Assembly: GCA_001949185.1 (NCBI GenBank)
Contig: BDGG01000002.1
Coordinates: forward strand, 434,001 to 498,000
From: Ramazzottius varieornatus
Lineage: Eukaryota > Animalia > Tardigrada
Direction: 5' to 3'
DNA length: 64,000 bases
The notes under the pieces were generated by a model. That model made no database searches, was not told the DNA's origin, and worked only from the letters and a program-made list of their open reading frames with translations. Within the stretch, counting starts at the first letter, position 1, and each line of letters starts with the position of its first letter. Position numbers and translations under genes: made by a program. This document shows, in pieces, positions 1-12,300 of this stretch.

Positions 1-317
1 TGCTTCCTCCAATTGATCCAGGTTTGATGGAGCCGGTTTCGTGGTAGCGGGTGAGGATCTTGCTGACGCAACCGTGCGATACCAGCAACTGCCTCGATAT
101 ATCACAGGGTCGTACACCCAGGCAAGCCAGCTCCACGATTTTTCGCCGTATGAAGTCCGGTAAAGGTCGTCCGTTAACAAAGACACCGCCCAGCTGGTTC
201 ACGCCGGTTTGTCCAGCTACAAAATAAAACAAAAGATTCGCATGACCTTTCATTGGTGCTCATTTTGTAGAGCGAAATGCAAACAGCAAGTCCGAGTAAC
301 GTACCAGTGTGCGGCAT
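1..317 (-). CDS. Poxn: Pox neuro paired-box transcription factor, 5' part (runs off the window)
   Basis: Exon 317-305 (ATG CCG CAC ACT G|gt) spliced to exon 216-1 gives [76 protein letters not shown]. The MPHT start followed by a paired domain is typical of Poxn. Not in the ORF track. Confidence 0.88.
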
Positions 318-1248
318 TTCCGACTTCAGCACTAGGTGGTAGCGAGGAAAACTCGGTCTAGAGTGGAAGTATTAAATGTGATGAGAGTTGGATACAGTCT
401 TATGTATTAGACTTTATATGTCTGCGCCAGAATACCTTCACTGTTTTATCCGAATGCCCCTATGGCGTTGAGTCAACTGGAAAGAGGGATGACATTGCAT
501 CGAAAGAGGAGGTCCCAACATGCGGCAGAAGCACCTGCCCTTTCCGTCACGGATAACAGGCTTAATAGGGCATTTAGTCAGCCGTAATATAAAGTGTGGT
601 GGACGACATAATAAGCTGGTGACAAGTCACGATGGGGGGAATTTGTCGTCAAAGGGGATCAGTGCAGCGCCTAACGAGCTCTTGTCGCTCCCCAACAGAT
701 GTTTCCTGTTGGCTAGCCCAACCACTTGTCCTTCCGTATCAGCTGCTGAAGCAGTAAGCGCCGATTTCCGCCCCTTTTGTTCTTGCGTGCAAAATCAGAT
801 GAGCTAAACCGCCTTTCTAACTGATCATGACCATTTAATGTTGCAGAGGTATAGGGATACTATATTTGGCCTTTAAGCTTTGAATTATTTATCATTTTGA
901 CTGAGCTGCCCCGCTTTTTCATTTTACGTTTTTATACGGTAAGTAGCTAAAATTTTACCGTCTTCTGCTCCCTATTGCCACGCTCCGTCCAGCTGAACGT
1001 TCCTTCTTTCTGACCTTTGGTCTAGACCGAGAAAATCAAAGATTCACGCCCGGATAAACACAAGCTGCTGTAGCTCATTCAGCATACTGCTAGACCGTGG
1101 CAGTACCTTTCATCGAGATTTCGGCAGCCGAGCCAGTGGCTTCGATTTGAGAAGCTACTGAGACATAAAGCTATCGATACCATTTCTGGTTTGCGTAACG
1201 CTACCGAAGAGCAGAAAAGTGCCATTTTACACAGTTATCAAATAGAAA

Positions 1249-1568
1249 ATGACGAATGTCATCAAGGCCCTTCTTATGTCCCTCTTAATGGTTTCATTGG
1301 TTCGTATACATATGATGCTCAACGTCCTGCTTGATCAGGCCACCAATTAGTGACCATTCAAGTCTTTCAGGTGGTCCATTCTATGGGAGCCCAGGAGGCC
1401 GAAGCTGTTACTGCGGATGCGACAACAGACGACGCCATGGTTATTGGGTCTTGCGTCCAAGATAGCAACAACTTCATGAGCAACTGCGTTGGAGAATGCA
1501 AAGCAAAGGGCTTCAGCCTGGGTCTCTGCGTCGGTAACAATGGAGGCGTCTGTCGTTGTTCCCATTAA
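1249..1568 (+). CDS. Secreted CS-alpha-beta defensin-like peptide (82 aa, 2 exons)
   Basis: Exons 1249-1299 and 1371-1568 (GT..AG, phase 0). Signal peptide MTNVIKALLMSLLMVSLVVHSMG, acidic propiece, then C-x10-C-x3-C-x9-C-x7-C-x-C. AATAAA at 1668-1673. Confidence 0.85.
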
Positions 1569-2633
1569 ACTCGGCCGGAAGCAGCCGCGCTTCGCAGAAG
1601 CAGACATTTTTGCCGTCAGTCCGACTTTTTATAAGCTTGCTCGCATATTGTCCGGTGAAAAAACTGTAATAAAGATTTAAGTCATCCTTTCTGCTCCGCC
1701 TGCAGTCCGGTCGCTCGAAATGTCTGCATATTTCTCGATTTCAGTTCAAGCCGGCTATTCATTCCCCGCACTGCGTGCCAAAGTATGGACCAACATCAAT
1801 CGAAATTGTAAAAATGTTTACACTTCGAGCGACCAGATTATATTCGGAAACCTGGGTCCTAACCACCTGGAAGACAGTAGAATTTCTGTGAATTAAATAA
1901 AAATAGTGAGTTCGAATTTAATAAATATAGGGGTTCGAATTTTTGTCCGAAAAGATTCTGGCATTAGAATGATGTCACATAGCGTAAGACTACACATACG
2001 ATCGTTTTAACACCAAACCTCCAAGCTGGGGTGTTTTGGAGGTTAATCGCCCCTGAAGTTTCCTGCGATATCGTCCCAAAAGGGCGAAGTTTATTGAAAC
2101 TTTCAGCCACGGCGAGGTACGGCAAAGCTACCATCCGATGCCCCTCAATATTCTCTCAAGATTCATGTGAGAAAAGGGTCATTTGGTACCAAAATGAGTT
2201 TCCGGAAATTGGGCCGCCGAAACCCATTTAGTGCTTGGACTTGAAGTCTCCTGGCCGTCTAATATCGCCAGTCGGAAACGAATGGCGAATGGCGATTTGC
2301 TTTCGGCGTTCCATAAAGGACGTCCACAGCATAATTATCGCAAATATGAAAATAGCTCATGCTAGCTAGAATTGCAAACTGGTCTTTCTTTCTATTGAAC
2401 ACGAGCAGAAGCGAAGCCACAAAGCTTGACTGAGAGCCAGAAGGCCCCAAACTGCATTGAACTCAAACGATTCACGTGAAATGAACATGAACTGAAATCT
2501 CAGACGCGCAATGTCAGATACAGTCAGCGAATTTCGCCATAGTTTATGAAAGCATCAAGCAAGAGGAGAAAATGCTACGCAAGACGATATAAAACAGGAT
2601 GAAAGCAGCCTCCAACTCGAGAACGCTAACGTT

Positions 2634-4612
2634 TTATCCGTTGACGGGCTTCCCACCATTGGGGTGAAGGACCTGGCCAGTCATGTAGTTCGAATCGAAG
2701 GAGGCCAGGAAAACAAAGCAGGAAGCCACTGCAACAGAAAAACATGACGAGGAAGTGTGCAACGCGGATGTCGCTGTTATTTGCCGTACCTTCGCAAGGT
2801 TGGCCTTGACGCTTCATCGGCACGTTGTCGCCATGCTTCTTCACCTTGTCGGACTACAGAGGCAAAGTTACAGTATTATTAAGAGCGATATGCGACCGAG
2901 GGATTGGGCAAGAAAACCTGGGACGGTTGTTTCTCCAAGTGGCGCACACTCTCGACCGCTAACAATGCGATGTGCGCCACTTGAGAAAACAATCATCTCG
3001 TCATCTCGAGTTCTCGTCTGCCTGCAGCGGAAAGAAGAAAGTGCTCAGTCTTACCGTGAAGGTGGCCGGGATCAACGGTGTCAGAATGGGTCCCGGAGCC
3101 ACACCGTTGACGCGAATGCCCTTCTCAGCCAAGTTGGCAGCCAAGGATCGAGTGAAGGACACAATGGCGCCCTTGGTCGAAGCGTAAGGAATCAGTTCCG
3201 CATGACCACTAAATGAAAAAGGAAGCATATTCCCCTGGAACAATGCTAAACACCATGCTCAGCAAACTTCAGGATTTTTAGGGAAGAAAACGGCGAGCCC
3301 TTACCCGTAAGCAGTAACACTGGTGCAGTTCAAGATGACGTCTCCTTTCTTCATCTGCGGCAAGACCGCCTTGGACAAGTAGAACATGCTGAAGATATTG
3401 GTTCGGAAGGTTCGCTCGATTTCCTAGAGAAAGACATCCGAGTGTTGTACAGAAGACGGACACAGTTATAGGTATTGCCACTTTTACCTCATCAGGAACT
3501 TGCAAAAAGTCTTTCTCCAGTGTCTGTTCAGCAGCGTTGTTGACCAATATGTTAATCCTGCCGTAGTTATCGATGACTTGCTTGACAATACTTCGGCACA
3601 CTGCAAGGGAAGAACGATTAAGTCCTGGTCTACACGGATATCCGTGTATTGAACACTGACCGACACTCCGTTCTTTTCACGTACCTTCCGGGTTACCAAC
3701 GTCTCCAGTGACAATCATGCAGCGAGCGTCGCCTTCCTTACGGACAGTCTTCATTTCCTCCAAGAATTCCTTCTCTGAATCCGGGTTGATCTTGATCATC
3801 TCCCTAACCAACGTTTCCACATCAGACTCGATCAACCGCTTCGTTTCCTGCAAGACAAGGCAAGGCAAGGCAATCAATACTGTGGCAATGAGATACTCGC
3901 TGATCAAAACTCAAAACTGCCCAAGGTAATACCCACCTGGGCATCCTTCATCTCCTCTTGGAGGCAAGCGATAGCAATATCGGCTCCTTCTGCAACGGAA
4001 CAACAGTCAAAAACCTTCAAGTCTGGTGAAACCGATACATCGATCCACCGGCGCACAGTGTCTCGTGATACGATACTAAACCTACGCCTGCCACGTGACA
4101 ACTGCGCTAGTTTGGAAAGAGGCGAACAAGCCCTCAATGAACGATAAATTGGCCCAGCTCGATTTTAAACCTTGACACGCCAAGCAAGCGCTTGCTACCA
4201 CGTGACCACATTATAGCAGGCCGTACTCACGTGATGCTGGGCGTCACTTCAAACAGAAAGGCCATGCACAATCTAGAATCAAACATACTTACCCAAAGCC
4301 ATATGGATGGCAGTGGACTTTCCGATGCCGGAATCTCCCCCGGTGATCAAGGCAACCTTCCCACGCAGCTTTCCAGCCGGCTTGTACAACGGGCTGTAGG
4401 CTACAGGCTTGGCGTCCATCTTGTACTCTTTACCGATGCTTCCTTCGCCTTCCTGTAAAGAGCAACAGCGTAAGAGGGTAGGGGAGTTTCACTTCCGGTT
4501 GGATAATGCTTACCTGAGTTTGGCCAGTCTTGGGCTTGTGCTCCATACCTTCCGCTTGTTCGTGCTCGCCTTGGCCGGTAGCATTCTTGAAGGCTTTGCT
4601 GATTGCTTCCAT
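2634..4612 (-). CDS. Short-chain dehydrogenase/reductase of the glucose-and-ribitol dehydrogenase / YdaD-YhxC stress type (about 9 exons)
   Basis: Spliced product contains [27 protein letters not shown], catalytic [17 protein letters not shown] and C-terminal [17 protein letters not shown]. Confidence 0.9.
2920..3013. repeat. CCAAGTGGCGCAC palindromic module, 1 unit (SDR intron)
   Basis: Arms at 2935-2947 and 2972-2984, 24-nt spacer. Confidence 0.85.
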
Positions 4613-6339
4613 CTTGCTTCTGCTGGAATACTCTCGGGATATCTGTCGGGATATCTGCCGGGAAATTAGGGGAAGAGTGGGTTTTGCAGCAGGCACAGGG
4701 AAACAGCTGACTGCACGCCGACTGAGCCGAACTACGACAGCAACAATTCTGCACAACGCAGGCATACGCAGCTTCCCGTATAACTAGCCAGAGGTGAACC
4801 TACTTAGACACGGAAGGACGATGAAGGCCCAAGGAAAATTCCGGATGGGGAAAAGTCGACTGATCGTGAAAGCAGAAATCGCATTATCGCAATGGACAAC
4901 GATATTCGCAGTGATGTACAATGCACAGAGGCGGGGAAATTCCCGTGCGGGTGACGTAGACATCGCTCCACCCACTGTTGTGGCTTCAGATGGCGCCATG
5001 AACGCTCATCTTTTGCATTGCCAATAAAGGCGCTTTGCCTTTAAGCATAATTTTCACAACACTTTGACCTTCAGTTGTTTCGATGAACCCATACCTCATG
5101 CGGCACACCGCGGCGAGCTGACATCAGTGTTTGCTTATAAGTCATCTATTCCTCCACAGGATAAAAGTTATTCCCGGAAACGAACCGGAAGGGACGTAAC
5201 TCTGTAAGTCTGAATACATCCAAAACCAATCAGACAACCAATCAAACGAGCCAAATCTGACTAGAGGCTTGAAAATTATGCTCAGCTATACGTGCTTCCG
5301 TACCGTCGTAGCGAAAAGGCCTGTCTTAGAGTAGGGAACCGCTCAACTTTTCCTGTGCGGAAACCAGAATTTCACAAAATTATCTTGTCCACGCTGGACT
5401 GTGCGGAATAAGTTTTGGTAATCTCAAGGCGAAAGCGGGCGGTGAAGCTTCAATGCCGAGACGAAAGCGGAAGTGAGCGGTACTTCAGGCAAGGTAAATG
5501 AGTCTGAATTCAGAAGCAACTACTATGGAAGAAACATAGTTATCAAGTCTTAGCCTTGACGGCTTAGCCTTGACGCAACAAGGTTTACTTTTAAACATTT
5601 GTCGTAATTATCATCGACGCGGGGCGGGCGGAAAACAGTCACATCAAATACTAAGCGAGTCCAAGCGGTAACAATTTCAGCAGATTCCACCGCGCGATCC
5701 AATTCCCTACTCTAGCCTGTCTCATAAGTCTTAATTTCCTACCGTACGTGTTCGAATGCTTTTCTAAATCTGGCGCGTTTCACATGGCGGAAAACAAATG
5801 GTTGATTTTCCATTCCGATTGATTGTTTGTGAGCTGTTGACGTCAACTTTTCTGTATTTGGTAGCTCTGCGGTAAATGTTCGGCTGGTGCCAAATAGAAA
5901 TCGAAGAGCGATGTACACATCTCGAGCGAGTGGGCTGTGTATCGTTTGAAAGTCCATCTTGGACGTCCACCTCCAGCTTGAGGAACGCTAAGGTTTCTGT
6001 AGATGCTTGCGGATTCTTCTTTTGATTGGGGTTAGCTGGGCTCGGCTTTCCAGTGGTGTACCACTTGCTAGTATACCTGAGCAAGAGTCATTGAACCGAT
6101 GCATTTGGTGAAGAGCTCCGATCTATTGTGTGCATCCTAAGGCTGGTTTTATAACCGGTTATATTCAATGTCGCAGCATCTTCTGATGAGCTATTCTTTC
6201 TTCCGAGTTCACAAAACGTTTCGGCTGGCTTGGTGGCTGATTTTGCCACAGTACAAGCGAACTTCAGGAAATTAAATTTTATCGACCACAATGTTTGCGA
6301 GGTTTGTGACGGTATAGTTCCTGTCTACTAGTTGGGAAA

Positions 6340-8343
6340 ATGGATGAGAAATCCAGGAAGCTGACTAGCACATCGTTAAATTTCCGCCAACTTTACCGTC
6401 GTCTCCGACACCAGGGAACAACCCAATGGATTACTCTATTGCTCATTGTGTCTGGTATCGGACTCTTCATGGTAAGCACTCCGCTAAACTCATACGTCTA
6501 TAGAAGAGGACAGTACGCTGGTCGACCACAAAAGACTGCAGATGACGAGCCGGGAAATGGAAATGCGCTGGTTGGTGAGGCTGGAAGTTTGCCGGATGGC
6601 TCCGACGATATCAACGACGAAGAAACTCCAGTATTTTCTGGAAGTGGCTTCTGGGATGGAGTTGACTGGGACGAACCTCTGGAAGTACCTGAGAGGTACA
6701 CAAAAAAGCTGCCTAAACTTGAAGTTGAGAACGGTGTCGAGGATATCGAGGTGCCCCTACCCAACGGAGACTTGCAGGTCAGTTTGCCCAAGCATTCAAT
6801 ATCCTCTTCTTTCTGTAAATTTATTTCTCAAATCTCTATTTCCAACAGGTATTCACAATATTTTTTCAAGAAACAATACCGGAAGGCACATCCAAAGGCG
6901 ATGTGTTACTTCTGCACACTGTGCAGTACCATTCGGATACATGGGTGAAAGTTGATACCCTCAAGATCTTGGCCGCTATGGGCTACCGCGCAACCGCTAT
7001 CGATCTCCCTGGCTTTGGGCATAGCCAGGGATCAGTTCTGATGGGCCACCGAGCGGTCACGTTCATCAGCAGCTTTCTCCAAACTCACGAAATGAAAAGT
7101 CCGATGATCATCGCACCGGGAATGGCCGGAAGCTACGCTTTCCCTTTCGTCATGTCGGCGCCGCATCAGGTCAGAGCGCTGATCGCCATTTCACCCACAA
7201 GCTTGGACAAATATTCCGGCGAAAACTACAGAGACCTGAAGGTATTACGCTTATGACTGTATGTGTAACTCACTCAGATCTATGTGGACAATGTGCATCT
7301 CCCAGGTTCCGCTGTTGCTCTTGTACGGATCGAGAGAACGGGCGCCCAGCAAATTTGCAGAAACGCTGTTGAGTAACTCGACCAGTGCGCAAGTGAAGAC
7401 CCTTCCGGCTTCAACCCAAAACACCATCTACGTTGACCAGCCTGATGAATTTCACCGTTTGATGTACGTTGTAATTAGTCGTCTGGAAGCCTATGAAGCC
7501 AAACTGGCCCAAGCGAGGATGACCATCGTACGTCCCCCTGTTGTAACACTCGACCCGGCGGAGACCCCACCGCCGGAAGTCATCATGAATCTGCGGGGTG
7601 ATATTGAAGTTATCAACCAGACGAGGACGATATCTAACGAGACGTGGGCCGACTGGTTTGGCAAGATACGAGACAAATACGGGATTGATGAAAACGGACA
7701 ATTAACCATACCGTTGACGGACCTGTCCTATAACTCTTCGTCACAGCAAAGCTTGCAAACGCTGCAGCTAAATCCCGCAATCATTACGAGCTCACCGGAA
7801 GAGGCCAACAGGCTGGCAGAAAGCTTTGGGGACTACAAAATGCAGCAAGCTGTTGCACAGCCCTTGGACACACTATCTTTACAGAAAGAGTTCGACAAGG
7901 TACAGGAGCTTGCGGCAGTGGCAAGCGTAAAAGCGAAACCTCAGATAGACAGCCATCAGAGCGGAGGAGAGGTCAACCGCGATGCGCTTCCCGGGGAAGA
8001 AGCAGCACACAGTACTGAACGGCCTGTAGCGTCAGTAGTGCGGAATATGCCGAATGTTCCTCCCGAGATGATGCGACAACATCAGTTTATGAGCAGTTAC
8101 CCGGAAGGTATGGACGAGAAGGCCTTTTTAAAAGCACAAAGTGACGCAGCCATGAAGTCTGTGGGCCAAGCGCAAAGCGACCTGACCCCGGCTCCATACT
8201 TTGTACAGCGACCCGGAAGTGCCACACAGTCCAGCGAGCAGTCAAAGGGAACGGACGACACTAACCAGCAATTGACGCACTTTGCTCAGCAGCCTCAAAT
8301 TGCCCCTTTGGTTCCACCTCAGACCACGTCAAATAAAAGCTAG
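6340..8343 (+). CDS. ABHD14-like alpha/beta-hydrolase-fold protein with N-terminal TM anchor and long Q-rich tail (622 aa, 3 exons)
   Basis: Exons 6340-6777, 6849-7241 and 7306-8343 splice in phase. Motifs VLLLH..SDTW, GYRATAIDLPGFGHS, PLLLLYG, YVDQPDEFH. Confidence 0.85.
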
Positions 8344-9393
8344 GTCCGACATTTTCATGGAGTGGCTGCCTTTTCCACACTTCTTAGCCTCCACTCCGAA
8401 GCTTGTACATATGCTGCAGTAAATGCGAGATTGTTGTTGCTGCACGGCCTCTAAAGCACGATAACTGAATGATTCCTTCCAGAAGAGTGAGAAGACTAAA
8501 AGTTTCTGTTCAATGCTACAAAATGTACTGGCTCCATCTACTGGGAAGTTCCGACACATTGCGTGACAGACTGGCCGCATGGACGTGCCTGCCCATGTGC
8601 TTACCTTGAGGCAGCGGTACGTAGGTAGAAAATCAGACTTGCAATATTCCGCTTTCCGTTTAAGCATTCCTATCGAGAGTTGTACCTCTCGGGCATGAGC
8701 TAGGAATAAAAGGCGCCGTATGACCGCAGCATCTGGATCCACGTCTTCAACAGCGACCAGTTTTTCAACTACTAATCAAGGTTGCTTCCCAACCCCAGCA
8801 CGTCTGCGGATCCCCTACAGGTCAGCCTATGGCCCTTGCTCAATTCTCTGACGTACTTGCCATGACAAGCTCCATGAATTGGGAGGTTTTCCCTAGCGCA
8901 TGAAACTCGGGAAGATAGATTGGGGTAAGTTTGCCCTTACCTTTCAAAAACCTACGTGCAACGTGATCTTCGCTTAATTCGTTAACACTCAGGTGGTGTG
9001 GCCTGGAACTGGCATTCTTGTTTCCCCGTAAGCGGGAAAGAAAACATCCACGCCCGACGATCCCGACAGATGGCGTGGCCGTCAAAGAGAGTGCCATGGA
9101 TGCAGCGAGAGCTGGCACTTCGTCAGCACTTTCAACAGGCTTGTCACTGGCCACACTGTACGCGGCACTTTCTGCGAGAAATCCAGATCAATACTGAACT
9201 GATTGTACGACAGGCTCTTGTTATCACGGCTGCATCGACCCTATTCATCGTGCAGGCTTATACAGTAATGGCATGCACATGGATTGTTACTGATGGCGCG
9301 CCTGTCGACCTTCGTCAAGTGGAGATAGAGCATCACGTTGCTGTACATGTCCGGACACAAGTCAAGCTGAAACTATAATAGATGAAAGCATCA

Positions 9394-12300
9394 TCAAAAT
9401 TTCTCCGTTGATGCTGCTCCATTGGTGAGGGAGGCAGGAGCCTGCGCCACTTCCGCATGTGTGGCTTTGTAAGCTTGGAAGGCCGCTCGAATCTCTTCCA
9501 TAGCCGGCGCCACCGTAATAAAGAGGACAGCAAGCGTCACCCAGGTGATCATCATGGCAATCCAGCCGGAGAAGACATTCAAGCTGAATACTTGGGCCTA
9601 CAATCAGCAACGCAACCGCTCAGCATTACATAACATGAAATGCTTGTCTGTCTGCTTGTCGCTACCAAAAAGGTCGTCGAAATGATAATCAGGCCGAGCG
9701 AAGCGAGGCCCTTTAAGGCTATCGAGATTTCAATGGACGATCAGATTGTTCGAGCTTTCAGATATTGCAACCCCTGTACTGAAAACAAGTGCGCAACTTG
9801 ATCCGAGTAGCAAAAGTTTTTACTGGCAAAACTTGTGCTTCTTTGCTTCTGCTCGGCCTTCCCAGTGGTCAGAACCACTAGCTAGTATAAATTGTTAGGG
9901 CTGAAGTAGGTATGTACAGTACCGTAGTCATTGCTGCTGGCCAGACAACGACAAGAATGAATGTCAAAAGGAGGCTTGCTCCGATGGCAGCCCAAGCCGA
10001 GCTTTTGAATTTGGAGTAGACGCTGAGAAAGGTCGGTCGGTTGTCCAGCTTGTTACCTTCCGCTAAGCCCAGATCCCTGCAGGATCAACTTCATTACACA
10101 CTAAATATCAAGCGGTGGCACAGAAGCGGGCTTACTGTTGATAGGTTTCCGCCCAAGGGTGTAAGGGATTGTCGATATCGTAGGTGTAGTCCCAGATGTC
10201 ATGGATCTCAAGGGGAGGTTTGGTGCAGTAACTGACGGTCACGCAGATGAAGCCTCCGGCAAAGATCGACACCAAGTTGCCACCCAGCATGGTGTAATCA
10301 TCCCCGGTATTCTGGTAGAAGCTTCCGGCCCCTAAGCCGTTGGGCAAACGGGAGGCCAGTCCCAACCAGGTGGCCAAGCCTGCAGGAAAAGAACATGCGC
10401 CACTGGAAAGGCTCCTGGACGTGGCTAGCTCTTGGTTAACGGCTTACCAGCGATACAGCCACCGACGGCTCCGGCAATCATGCCTTCCGACGTCAGTCGC
10501 GTCCAGAACATGCTCAGTGACAGCGGTATGACGGCCGACCCCACCAGTACACCCATGACCAGGTACAGCCAGCCCAGTTTGATGCCCAGAATGTCCAGGA
10601 TGATGGTCAAGGGTATCAGTGCGAAGCTGCAGATGATCAGAGACCAGTTCTTCAGCCGGTTGCAGTACTCCATGTACTCGCGGTAGGAGCCGTGAGTTTT
10701 GCAGCTAAAGTGAGCCTGGATGGCCGTCTTGGTTTCCGCTCGTACGCTGCAATTTGCGGCAAACATGTTTATACTCTGCTTGAGTCGTATTATACCGTAG
10801 GAGAGCGCGGGTAGTTGGGTCCGCCTCCATTTGATGAGAGACTTCAGTACTTACGCGTCGTCGAAGAAGCACTCTTTGCAACTTGTCTTGCTCTGACATT
10901 CGCACTATACCAAACAGAAGCGCAATCATTTTCGTGTTGGTGATCGAACAAAGGTTTCTTCTCATGGGTTTCGATTTCCACGCTATTCCTTTGGTTTTCC
11001 TCATTTTGAAATTCAATTTTGCAATTCCGTCCTTTGTACTGCATTTGACCGTACTGGAAACGGAAAATCGGAAAATAAGAACTGCTCCCTGAACTGCTAC
11101 CTTCCCAAGGAGCAGTTCAGGCGGAAGGCGTGTCCTTAGCTCGATCTGCGGATTAACTAGGCGCGCGGTAGAACTATCATTATACCTTATCAATGGGGTT
11201 GGCCATGCGTCCTCGGGCTCGCCCGCACAAGACACAAGAGTTGGGGTCGGTGACAGCTCTGAAGGGCTACAGTAGGTGCCAACACAAGTCCGATTAATTT
11301 TCCAGCCAAGCGGGTCAACTTGCAATCGATACCTCACCTTGACGTAGATCTGGTACAAATCATGGACGATGATGGAAGTGACGGCCATGACTTCGGAAGA
11401 GGCGGTCGATACCACAGCCAGAATGACCACCACCAGAACCAGGTAGGCGCCTTGAATGCCCAACAGTGTTTGGGCCACAATGGCCGGCACCAGCCCGGCG
11501 TCCTGGTCAGCCGCTTGCAGCAACGGCGTACCACGAGAAGCGCTCAAAGCCAAGTAGCCCAGACCCATTGCTGCAACAGCACACCTTATTATCATTCCCT
11601 ATCGAAGCCCGACATGAATTTCTTCCGTCCAGTGGCAAAACTGACAAAGGGGCCCTGGATCCAAAATTTCTCACCCCCGCCATGACCTCTCAGCTGGTAT
11701 CTACAATATAGCTGTGACCATTTCTAAGTTCTTTCTGCTGACACATCATGTAAAAAGAGACGTGAAGTACCATCAGATCTTTCAGTATGACTTGACGATC
11801 TATGCCAAATGAGTTTCGAAATTCAGTTTTGACTTCGCTGTTGAAATCTTCACTGCTTGATACCCTCTTCCACTATCAATGAGGTCTCTTTTTTTCAAGA
11901 TAGAGGCACTATCTTCACGATGATGGGCAGGAGAGAAACTTAAGGCAGAAGAAACCGGAAGAAGTTTTCGATCATCTTTCTTTCTAAATTATGTTTTCTC
12001 ATTGTTCGTAATCTGATGAAAGAAATGAACTGGCATTTCAAAAGCATTAAACCTGTAACTCAAAGCCAGAGTCAGGAAACTAATGAGTTCGATTTACTTA
12101 ATTATTTAGAAAACGAAGTTTAAGAACCCCACCCAAAAAACCCAACCTGGGCATTGCGCCACTTCAGTGAAGTGGAAAGGTTTTAACCTTTTTCTCCTTC
12201 TTAGCCCTTTGAATGCTCTCGATGATAGCGTCAGTAGACAACCCAACATGCAAGGTTTAAACACATAAAGCGGAATGGGGATCGTAGTCTCCGTGATTTC

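Noticed and set aside
2858-3052. Palindromic module as an Introner that creates introns
   Set aside because: Modules lie inside introns with unrelated flanks and do not supply the splice sites.
4933-4944. GGGGAAATTCCC NF-kB-like site upstream of the SDR
   Set aside because: A single short match with no supporting evidence; could be chance.
8840-9170. Possible extra DUR3 3' exon (ORF 8840-9154)
   Set aside because: The preceding exon ends in a stop at 9394 with no usable donor; no recognisable homology.
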